A program made the translations under genes and the position numbers. 64,000 nt of DNA from Leptogorgia sarmentosa (taxonomy: Eukaryota): the NCBI GenBank assembly GCA_964658305.1, contig OZ210885.1, forward strand, positions 4,774,001 to 4,838,000, written 5' to 3'. A model generated the notes under the pieces. The model was not told where the DNA came from. It did not search any database and was given only the letters and a program-made list of their open reading frames with translations. How positions within the stretch are numbered: the stretch's first letter is position 1; each line of letters begins with the position of its first letter. Positions 11,668 through 22,901 of this stretch are shown here, piece after piece.

Positions 11668-12615
11668 TCATTTGTTAGTAAGCTTGTTGCACCGAAGTAT
11701 CCCAAGGAGTATCTGTCCAGAAGCTTTTCTGTATTTGATATGTCTCATTCCATAGATGAAGGGATTCACTATTGAATTGATTCCATAAAATTCATAATGA
11801 AAAACTACGAACCACAACTGCTTGCATGATGTACTACATGAAGATACTTTATTTACCACCGCCCCAATCACTGTCGGTGTTAAAACACAGAAGGTCAAAA
11901 CTGCAACAACGATAGAAAATGTTTTAACCGCTTTGATAGCTTGAAAAAATCGAGTCACATCCCTCTGGTCGGTTGGTGTTTCAACTGAGATGCGCTTCCG
12001 TTGTTTCTCCGCAACAATTAAAATCCGCACATTGAGAATTACTATTAAAGTCAATGGAAAGTAGACAAGAACCGTCTGCTTCAACAGCATCATAGTATAA
12101 TTTACGGAGCAAAGACTTTTTGATGTTTCATTGAAGCTCCTCGAATTATCCAGTGAAACAACAAAAATACAACAGGCAGTTAACCAAATACCAGACAGAG
12201 CCACAAAAACTCGTCGTTTGGTGACAATCAGCGGATATTTGAGAGGTTTTACAATATAGAAACATCGATCTACAGTAATTGCGACAATTGTAGCCCCTGA
12301 AGCGAACAGTAATGGGAAAACAGAGGAACGACTTAGCTTACAAAATAAATCCTGATCACTATCGATATTTAATAAAGTCTGTATAAATTCAATCATCCAT
12401 ATTGGATAAAATGTTAAACACACGAGAAGATCTGCCAGTGCCAGGTTTCCAACCAAGTAAGATGTCGCTGTCTTTTCTTTGCTCGTGAAAATTGTATAAA
12501 TTATAATTGTGATATTTCCCAAAACTCCAATAATCATTGCGAAAAATTTAAATACAACAGACGAAATAAGAATCGCATTTGGTATTGTAGAGAAATGCGA
12601 CGAGTTATTTGCCAT
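11668..12615 (-). CDS. Rhodopsin-like (class A) GPCR, single exon, paralog of 7640-8590
   Basis: Likely start MANNSSHFST at 12615. TM1-TM3 are nearly identical to the first GPCR; DRC and NPFIYG motifs present. Confidence 0.93.
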   Translation of the reverse strand: MANNSSHFSTIPNAILISSVVFKFFAMIIGVLGNITIIIYTIFTSKEKTATSYLVGNLALADLLVCLTFYPIWMIEFIQTLLNIDSDQDLFCKLSRSSVFPLLFASGATIVAITVDRCFYIVKPLKYPLIVTKRRVFVALSGIWLTACCIFVVSLDNSRSFNETSKSLCSVNYTMMLLKQTVLVYFPLTLIVILNVRILIVAEKQRKRISVETPTDQRDVTRFFQAIKAVKTFSIVVAVLTFCVLTPTVIGAVVNKVSSCSTSCKQLWFVVFHYEFYGINSIVNPFIYGMRHIKYRKASGQILLGILRCNKLTNK

Positions 12616-13544
12616 GGTTGTAGAAAAAGTGCACAAAATGTCTTCAAGGTTTTAATACAAAATTGAATGTCTGTCAACAGCGTAGAAAATATAAACACAA
12701 AATGAAATAATAATTTAATGTAAGTTTTAGTAAGTTATTGGATAATATATGCACAGATGACAAGCCTTTGGCCAATGCTTTGACAGAAATGAACTAAAGT
12801 AATTACATGTACCAAGATAAACATTTCAAATTTTCATCTCAAAATCTCACATGCATGTAAGGAGATGACAAGCTCTGGCTTGCCGTCGCCGACATTGTTT
12901 AATCATGTCTCATTTGATAGAACTTATTATTTCACATCAACCTTTTTTAATGTAAAAAAACATTAAATCAATATAATCCAGGGTGTATAAAAAAGTCTTA
13001 TTTCGCGTTAGATATTATGTTTATCGATAAAAATTTTTCATAGCAATAAAATTCAAGCCTTTAGCTTCTTACTGAAACATAAGAATATGACTTCATACTT
13101 ATCAAATGAAATGAAATGAAAATTGACAATCGAATGTGCATTTTTCCACTGGTAAGCCACTTCATTCCTTTTTGTGAAGATCGGCTTTAGAATACGTACG
13201 AAAATGTGGGGCTGGAGCAAGAAAGAAGATGCATGGGACTTCACAATCAGTAGAACGCTAACTAGCTGGTGGGATGATTTCGATGCGATAATAAGGATAC
13301 ATGTACACTTGATGGATTTATCTTTTATTCCTAACAAGTTACATTTTCTCTGAAGATTTTGATGTACCCATGAATTTTCCTCTTGTAAGAAATTGTATAG
13401 AGAGCCAATTTCAGATCATCTTACTTATATAGTTAATATTTACAACACGGTTATTTGGAACCCTTGAAAGGGATTTATTCCAATCAAGTACACTACAATT
13501 CGTTAGAGATGCATATAATATAAAACATTTATGAACAATAGAGT

Positions 13545-16500
13545 TCACTTATCAGGTTGAACGTTTTTCAGAATTTCTTTGGCAAGTTTTCCAATTTTTG
13601 AGAATTTCACTCGAAGCAAGTCTTTCGTATCGAAATCGCTTGTGTACGATCTCTTACTTCGATGCTCCTCGATTTGGTTTCTTTTGTTTTTCTTGTTAGA
13701 GTTCTTACGTTCTTTCTGTCTTCTTATAATATTTTCAAGAATATGGCGCGCGGTCTTCTTCGCGGAGTTCTTTCCAGGAGCCTTCATTATCTTACTTTTT
13801 TTAGCTCTACCATACATTCTATCTTTCCAAGCTTCGGCGGCCTGTAATTGTTGACCGGCTCTTCTCTGGGCGTCAAATTTCGCCACTTCTACCACGGTCA
13901 TCACTTTCTCCAAACGGTTTATTTGATCCACGGTTTCCTTCGCTTTTCCTTCGAGTTCCTCATCTCGCAATAATTTCTCTTCTGTTTTTAGTTTTCCTTC
14001 TCCTTTAGCCACTTCTTCTTCCTTTCTGTCTTTCATAACAGCATTCTCATACTGGATGGTTTGTCGCTGCGATGCTTGCTTTACATCATCAATAAGACTT
14101 TCGATTGTTTGCTGGTCTAAGCCGATGGATTTTTCAATGTTCTCCACTGCAATGGCGGATTTTCGAGTTTCATAGTCCTTCTCTTTTGCCAATCTGACAT
14201 CCGGAGTATCGTCTAGGAATTGGAAAGTCGTCAGCATATGGAAAAACTTAACAAGTTTAAAAGAGTGTAAAATTATCACTACAATAAATCCACATTGTTC
14301 TGTTGGGAAATATTTCCGCCCAAAATTTAAGATACCAAAAATTTACGTCTGATATTCGCGTATCCATAGATCAATTTTTGGGTGCGTGGGCTGTGATGAA
14401 CTGGAAAAATGGAGAAGTTGTGATTACCTGGCAAAAACATCGGAAGAGGAACCGAAGCTAGAGGGAATAAAGTTGGTCCAAAGTATTGAGGTTGGGGCAT
14501 CATTGGAACGGCTGAGGGATCCATTGATTGAAACATTTGATTGGACATATCCATTTGTGTGGAGGAAGGTGATGGTGGAGAATCTGCCGGTGCAGGAGCT
14601 GGAACTGCTGGTGCTGGTGGAGGAACATCTAGTGCGGGAGGTGGAACAGGTGACGCGGGGGGCGGAACAGGGGGTGCGGGTAGAGGGACAGCTTGCGCGG
14701 ATGACTCTACAGGAGGAGATGGTGCTTGTGGAGGGGAAGATGTAAACTCCTGGGGTGGAGAAATATCTGCTTGAATAGCAGATGGAGATTGTGTACCCAT
14801 TTGTACAGGAGGTGGTTTAATCGAAAGATCTGGCTTCTTTTCGTGGTGCTCATGTTTAATTAAATCATTGTCCAAAGGACGGAGGCCTGGCAAATCATGT
14901 GAGTTGGATTCTGAAGATTTAGAAAATTCTGCTTGACTTTCCTCCGGCATAGGAGTCACTGGTTGTTCCGGGGTGCTAGCGGAAGAAAATTGTTCCATCG
15001 CTGGCGCTTGTGATTGTTCAACTTGAGGTGCCTAGAAAAACATAACAGTATGCATAACGATTAGGTCAATGGCAATCCCTAATAATACCTCATGACAAAA
15101 GACCCTTTCTGTGCATACTTTTCGCGCTTTAATCAACCAAAAGTATCTAGCCTAGGGCTCTGCGTTCATGTGCAATACGCGATGAGTATTAAGTAACTTA
15201 ATACGCAATTTAAGTCGGTATGAATTGACAAACTTGTTGTTGCTATGTTCCCGTATACAGTCAAAACGTATTTGTTCAAAAATAGAGAAAGAGTATGTTT
15301 TGGGATCTTGAGACTATCTTAATATTTATTTGAATATGTGCCTCCTCCCCATTAATCGATCTTCCGTAGCCCCTACCCCCGTTTAATAATTCACATGCTC
15401 TTTGGAGTTTAACTGGTATTCTTTAAAATAGTTGTATTTGTTTTAGCAGCACGGTGTTAATATATATTAAGATACTATAATTTGCTTGACAATTATCAGG
15501 TGTATAGAGAATGGATTTACCTGTAAGGGAGGATTATTTTCTGCTTGCTGCGCCGTTGGTAAAGATTCCCCAAAGATACTCCACTGAGCACGATCTTCTG
15601 GGGTAATCACTCCAGAGGGCTTTTGTGCTGTAACATGCGGTTTTTTAGGTTGCACATGGTGTTTTGGCGTGTGTTTCACGGATGGAGTGTTTGGTGTCGG
15701 GTTCGATGGGTTTTCTTTCACAAATGCTTGCGATGTTGGAACGAAACCCGGAAGCACTTCTTGCTGTTGAACCGGTGATGGAGGAGTTGCGTCCTGGGGT
15801 ACTAACATTGGTGGTGGGATGGCGGGAAGAGGTGGAAGGGGCGGTGGGGGCGGAGGTGGTGGGGGTGGAGGCGGTGGTGCTGGTGCAGAGGAGGTAGGGT
15901 TGGAAGGCTGCGCAAATGTGGCGTCTTGCTGCGGCTGTTGGTATGGTTGAGTCATATCCTGTACAGGATTGCCGGAAGGCAAGCCGTAAAGATAACCAAC
16001 GTTATATTGTGGAAACTGATACGCAGTTGGGCGATGTATACCTCGACGCTCAGCTATTTCAACACCTTGTCGAGCTCGGCTGTCCGCTATAAACTTTGCA
16101 ACTTCTAGAGTTGTTACAATTTTGAGAATTCGTTTTGCGAGAGATATAACATTCTCGTCCGTTCTGGCTACGTCGCTTTTCTTTGCTGCTTTATATTTTG
16201 CAATGTCTGCCTTCAGCTGCCGTGTTATTTGTTCTGTCTGACTCTCAACAAACATTGGATCAGCTTTGACACCTCGCTCGATACCAGTAACAGCATCTGC
16301 CGCACGGTCAACATTAAATAGCCTGGCTTGTGCTTCCTCTACACTTTCATCTAAAACAATTTTATTTTGTGGCGTTGTTAAATAGTACAGATGTTAGCAT
16401 CATCCATCGTCTTTGAATAGAACTGGGCTGTAGTTATTTACCCAAGAATCCACAAGATTTTTGTTTGTTGTTTGTTTAATGCAAAATCCCACGGTGTGGA

Positions 16501-17773
16501 ATTCCGATGGTATAATAACTACAGTGAGACACGCAATTTGATTGGTCAATAGCCGTGCAGGATTGCACAGTATCCTGCACAGAAAATTCTGAATTTTTAC
16601 TCTAACTACTAGTCACGGGATTATTACAATGTCGACAACAAAATGAAGTTGAAATACGAAAATTTGACAGTAACAAAAATTCTTGTTACTATTATCGAAA
16701 ATAACAAACAAGGGTTTCTCCTATCTATAGAGAAGTAATTAACGTTTTCCGTTGTCTCACTGTAGTTATTTTATAAAACAATTACCAAATGGTTTTCACG
16801 TGCAAGTTAGCGTCATCCATGTACTTGGCATGTGGCGAGTTTCGGAAAGCATACAAAAACCACGAGCCGCAGCCGAGCATTCATACCTATTTCACGAGGA
16901 ATCCGAACGATGCCTTGTTCCTTAGCAGCATTGCTGATTCCATAGAGTTGAGATTGGTATCCGACACTTCTGCCAGCTGTTGAACAACACAAAATGATTT
17001 TATTATTATTATGACTATATTCTGTTTATCATCTGTGTATCATAAGCCACGATGTTCAATGGACAATTTGCATGTAAAGGTCAGTTTCCACTCGGGATAA
17101 TTTTCCTACGGATAGAGACGGAGTCGAAAGTTTCCTTGGTAATAGGGTCACGACTCACCAGAACGAAACTGATGTCACAGAGTTAGAAAGGACACTTTCC
17201 TGTTCATTCGTATCTGTAGTAATATAATCCTGAGTGGAAACCGGAAACCTACATTTTGATCATTATAGGTATCACTGATAGAAAGAGCATCTTAAAAATT
17301 ACAAAACTGCAAAGTTTTATTACAATTTTTTTCGAATCAAACTTTGCAAATAACGCCTCAACTGAGGCAAAAAAAAGGCAATGGTAATTAACGCCCTTCC
17401 ACACGATGTATTTCTATGTCGCGAGAAATGACATAAGATCATTAAGATGAGAGCTTGACGTATAAATGATACATAATGTTTGTTGCTGAATAACGGACGG
17501 ACTAGACATACTCGTATAAATGATCGAATTCGAGTCTTATGCATGCACGCAAGTCTCGTCTTATGCATGAAAGTTGTATTTTTAGCCACAATTCCCAAGG
17601 AGCTTTGCAAATGATTGAACGTATGGGCGTTAACAAAAACTAACATCATCATGTTCTAAAAACCCACAACATCGAATAAAAAAAATGACAAACTAAAGCA
17701 TCGTAATAATCATTCATAAGAGGTTACCTTCGTAAAAGAGCACAAGAAGTGATAAAGCACAAGACCAGATCAT
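13545..17773 (-). CDS. Gene A: secreted proline-rich protein with a duplicated helical domain, ~745 aa, 5 exons (17728-17773, 16887-16976, 15521-16350, 14428-15031, 13545-14212)
   Basis: All introns are GT-AG with consistent phases (1,1,0,1) and one open frame. Signal-peptide-like MIWSCALSLLVLFYE; polyproline linker; minus-strand AATAAA at ~13474-13479. Confidence 0.85.
16485..16880. repeat. Intronic non-autonomous repeat with an internal 16-bp inverted repeat
   Basis: ataactacagtgagac (~16515-16530) and gtctcactgtagttat (~16754-16769) are reverse complements. Family unassigned. Confidence 0.4.
17080..17244. mobile_element. Short MITE-like element (Harbinger-like termini); related copy at ~17965-18137
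   Basis: Left end gtttccactcgggataattttcctacggata pairs imperfectly with right end tatctgtagtaatataatcctgagtggaaac. The second copy ends in ctatccgtaggaaaattatcctgagaggaaaccggcc. Confidence 0.5.
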
Positions 17774-19859
17774 CTTGCATTTTCAATACTGCATTACAAA
17801 ATAACATATAAAAATATTACACAAGAGTAGTGAGAATATTCAATAATATAATAATCATAAATAGAACTTTGGTACAAGTCATAATAATATGTTATGAACA
17901 ATATTTTTTGTAACCTGAATTTACAGGTCCACAGTTATGATTTGACACTAAAATCGCAGCTCCACTATAGGTCTGTAAGACAGGATAATATCCTATACGG
18001 ATTGGAACGAACGGCAAAGTTTCTTTTATACAAAAGAGTCACCAGAGTGAAAAAAAACAGAGCCAAATGTCATGATAAAGGAAGCTTTCATATCCATTCC
18101 TATCCGTAGGAAAATTATCCTGAGAGGAAACCGGCCGATACGGGCCTATCTGCCGGTATAACTATAGTCGCTAAGTTGAGAGAAAGCCCGTACACACGGG
18201 AATCTGGTTTTATATATCAAGTAACCTCGGTAACTGTAACTTTAAATATGCATTACTCTGCGTTATTTTGAAATTAATAATAAACCCGACGAAAGAAAAT
18301 GCAGGGTTTAACACGGTACGACACACGGTAATGATTTGCACCTTGAACAAGGTTCATAATAACTATTCGTAATCAAGCTAATAGAACATAAATAACATAC
18401 CATTTCCGTTTCACAATGATTTTACATGTCGTTAGAACAACTAAAGCGGAAAAATTCGATAAAATTTCCAATTTTTTCCAAATTTTAATTTTGAGCGATA
18501 GATCTAAAATAAGGACATTTACAAGACATTAGGTAATACCGGATGTTGTCTTCACGTGATAAAAGCATGCGATATGGTTGGTTAATATAGAACAACGTAA
18601 ATCACTCCCTTAAGTAAACATAGTTTATGATTTGCTAGTGGAATAAGCAAAACATCGTACAACGACCTGTTGTCTGATTAGTGAGCCAAAGAAAAAGAGC
18701 AGGTGGTTTAAATTGTATTATAGAGCCTCTTGCTAACAAAAGTATGTAAAATCTTAGAGTAACTTATTATTTAAAATGTTTGTTTCCAAGGTTGGCATCT
18801 TGATCAAGTTTGATCAGGGAGATACTCACGTGAGGTAACGTTCTCTCAGTTATTTTAACAACACCAGGCCAGTTAACCGCGTATTCGAATACTATATTCA
18901 TTCACTTATTTGTAAATCGCAATCAGGTCCCCGTATCCTTGGAAACAGGATTCAACGCGGGAATATGGAACTATGAATGATTAAATTTCTATCGCGTTTT
19001 TTCTATCGCGTTTATCTACTTAAACTAAATTAATTTTCTTTGTTCACCAAATGTAAGCTATAGATTCAACAGTCTTCGCTTCAGTTGTTGATAGTAGCGT
19101 AAAATTATCATTAAAATCTTGTTCTTTACCCAGTACACATGCAACACAATTGCGATATTGTTGGCTTATTTCACGATTTTTAAACTGACTATTTCTGTCG
19201 CACTACTATATCCAGTTTCGGTTGAATGCAAAATTCTCGACGAGGGCTTGCCTTTGCTCCGAACTTCGAATCTTGTTGTATCGGTGAGTACTTTGAGCTG
19301 GTGAGTGGAATTTTCTTTTTTACTACATTTTGATGTTGTTTTACGCTGCATTCATGGCCACATGCATGTGAAAGTCTCAGCCGTGTTGATATATACCGAG
19401 GGTGTCATCATGAGGTCGTTACAACTGAGGGTAATTAATCGAAGAGGACACAAGGTGTATGGTTCTAATGCGTTATGGCATATTGTCATATTGACACCAA
19501 TCACAAATTAATACGGTATAAAACTATTCACAAAAATGAGTATTGAATTATGATAGACAATCAGCTTGATAGTTAACACTAGCAATTTGGATTGATCCGA
19601 GATCGATTTAGAGCTGCATCGGGCACAAGTATCGGCAGCCAGAAATCGTTTCTCAATGGTCGTTTCGCAAAATGGTCGAGTGTTATGGTCTCCTCGAGTT
19701 CAATCACTAGATAGCCAAAATACTTCAAACTACGCTTAAAATCATGCATGCATGAATCCTGGGGAAGTCTTACGTGCCTCTTCGACAAATGATGGAGGTA
19801 GACCAATATGGACCGATTGAATCGTCACGACTCACAACAATTCGTTGAAAGGGCATTGA

Positions 19860-20046
19860 ATTTCATTGCCAAAATAGACTGACCATGTTCATTTTTTATG
19901 TTCATGATCAACCTAGCCGCTCTGTTTTGGAATTTCTGTAGACGTTCGCTCAGGCCTTTATTAAGTGTACCCCATACTTCACAGCAATAATCAAAATATG
20001 GTTGGATTAACGCATTATAAACTTTTATCAAACTTTTTTTTGTCAA
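19860..20046 (-). mobile_element. LINE ORF2 C-terminal fragment
   Basis: LIKVYNALIQPYFDYCCEVWG...RLQKFQNRAARLI is the typical post-RT segment of L2/CR1-group LINEs. Confidence 0.75.
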
Positions 20047-22233
20047 AGATACGGTGTTTGTATCTTGAACACAACGACCTAATTGATATCAACCACAATG
20101 ACGAGCCTAAGCTAAATGGCCCACGCGATATGCCTGAATCCACACAACAGATTCAAGAAGAACCCAGAGCGACAATGCAATTACGAAATAGGTTTTCTGT
20201 CCTAAGTGTTGACGAGAGCTATCGACTGTCGAAGATATATAAAAATGCAAAACTAAATCTCCTAGCCACAATGTGACTAGCGGCTAAATACAGTCGGTGC
20301 ACACGAGCCGTTAAATGCAGTACTGCTCCGGCCTCCGCCAACTTGTTCAAGAAGCTGGGTACTAGTGCGCCCGGGCGCATGGGTAACACCTCGCGCTCAT
20401 GCAAAGGCAATCGTCAATTGTATTTTTGGTATATTCGACAAACGCGATTCACCATTCGTGAATTGTTTCTCGACTTTGTTAGTCGTCCTGAGCTATGGAA
20501 ACCCTTGAGATGGTAAGACTAATTTAAACTATATATTATAATAGCTAACGTAATTCCAAATAAAACATGTAAGATAATACTGCGTGCGTGGTTACCACGT
20601 GGGTCTAGCTGTTGACAATGTTTTTAATTAACACGTAATTGACAGAAAAATATGAAACGTCGATTGATACATCGAGTCTGAGCAATGTATACGGAAAAAA
20701 TTTTTGAAAAATATCGAGCGAATAAGCGAGGTTAATTTTTTTTAATGCAGATCATGCAGACTCAATTCAGAAGTAGTGTATATTTCCATCGAGGAAATAT
20801 AAACAGTTTTCCCCGAAAAGATGTCTTTGAATGCTACATACCACCTGTATAAGCAGTAGCTCATCCTGCAACCATTACCCTGCATGACTGCATGATATGC
20901 CGCAAAACACTCCATTGTTTTCCAAAGACAAATTCATGTCACCTGCAAGCACAGTGGAAAAGTAAGTTGCAACCTTACCAAAAAGCAACCAACAAGAATG
21001 TCTATATACAAGAATGTCTATATAAACAAACTTTTTGAAGCGCAGTTTCAGATACGATGCATCAATTCTTTGGAATAATCTTCCTTTGGAGGCGAAGACG
21101 GCGACTTCGCTCCAGCAGTTTAAGAGTAGTATTGCAAACTGCCGTTTCTAGTGTCATGTTGAATTGAACTCAAGCATTTTCTTTATTTATGTTCTTAGTT
21201 TTTAGGGTGGGATGGATTGAGGGGTTGGGGGTAAAATTTTTGTCATTTCTATTGTATTTGTTCTTTGCATGTCTACACGCCCCTCCTGTAAATCAACATA
21301 TTTGTTGTGTGAGGCTAGCGTGTATTTTAAATAAATTTGATTGATTGATATATTGACTCGGCAGGCAAGAAATTCAATGTGGCGACTTTGCAGGAGCTAC
21401 TTCGACTGCACAGAGCCCATGAAATAAAATGCGCTGTTGACCAGGAAGTAGAGTGGATTTCAAGTGGGTATTTGTCACCCCGAGATGGTATAATAACTCC
21501 CTCACAAGAATCACTTTGCAAATTCTAAAGATTGTCATACCATCCAAGGTATGATTTAATCAACAATTGTACTGGTATGTCCCTGGAGAATTAAGCCAAT
21601 TATGTTGCAGGCGGTGGCTGTCCTGTGACTTTATGTGTTGGATTGCAAATAAACGTCGTGCACCCTGTCCGCCATATTGAATTCGCTGCGTCCAACTACG
21701 AACAATGGTCAAAGACACAACTGTAGCTGCAAAAATCAAATCTGTAAACTGAAATGAATTTCTTTCACGAGTCGCTAAAATCGCCGCAAGCCTAAAAAAC
21801 TGTGGACTGCACTACGTAACCTTTTGGGTAAGGGAAATACTTCTGATGCGATTCCTTTTATCGGAGAAAATGAATCCAAAATTAGTGATCCGGCAGAGAT
21901 TGCCGAAATTCTCGACAATCCTTTCTCGGTAAATCATTGTCCGATTCAAACCCAAACTCATTCCTTCCTTCTACGGTAATAGCTTTGTTAGAAAGCTCAA
22001 ACATTCCGATTGCAAGATAATAGAGAGCTTAAGCAAGCGACGTTGTTGACAACAAGGCGTCATGGTGTCGCGTTAATTGCCCGAAAAGCCCTTGGTAGGG
22101 GATGGTTCACATTCTGTGCTCTCGTATTCTCGATTTTACTGAATTTTAATACCCCTTCCGCGAAACATTCCAATAGCTACAGAACGTTATTTTAGTATTA
22201 ACAGCAAATCTCATTCATGACTTACTACTTTAG

Positions 22234-22897
22234 ATGAGAATCACACAAAGAATTTATTACTTGGTGTGGTGGCTAAATCTTTGTTCGATCCATTTCTCAA
22301 TTATTCAAGCTCAATGCACTGGAAACGGTTTGTTGAATGAATGCGCTTGCAATTTCATCAACGCTTGCAAATATGACGAAACTACAAATAAATTCAGCGC
22401 ATTTCCTGGCTCAGCAAAGGATCTGGACAAGTTCATCCCCAACGTTAAAATTTTTTCTATGTCAACATCACAGGTTGCTGAAATTTGTGAGCCAGGCAAC
22501 ATTGGTATTATATACGACTGTAAAAATCTCATTCCCTTGGCTGCTACGGCTGTTTTGACTGCAGATCAGTATGGTGCTGAATATGACAGACGGGGTATGA
22601 GCTTCAAAACAAGCTCACAAATTAGAGATGATTTACAACAAAATGATGTGGATTATACAGACCCTTTGAAGCGTATACCATGCTATGAAACAACAACCAA
22701 GCAATATTTCACTGAACAGAAATGGTATGAAGCATTGACCAAGGGTACAGTCGTTTCAAACTAACCCATGTCTACATGATATGAAAAAATCTGCCATTCA
22801 CAGAGGTCACTTAATTGCCGCAAGCTACGGTCGTGGAACACCGGAAAATATGAGAATTAAAGAAACCTTCGTGTATACCAATGCAGTTCCACAATTT
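22234..22897 (+). pseudogene. Secreted DNA/RNA non-specific endonuclease (ENDOD1-like), frameshifted and truncated
   Basis: Signal peptide and IIYDCKNLIP. After a frameshift near 22760 the sequence reads SAIHRGHLIAASY...KETFVYTNAVPQF (RGH and TNxxPQ motifs). Ends abruptly at the tandem repeat. Confidence 0.8.
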
Positions 22898-22901
22898 GTC
22901 C

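Noticed and set aside
15800..15890. Polyproline tract suggesting minicollagen, formin or WASP
   Set aside because: No Gly-X-Y or Cys-rich domains and no FH2/WH2 domain; the protein has a signal peptide and a different repeated domain.
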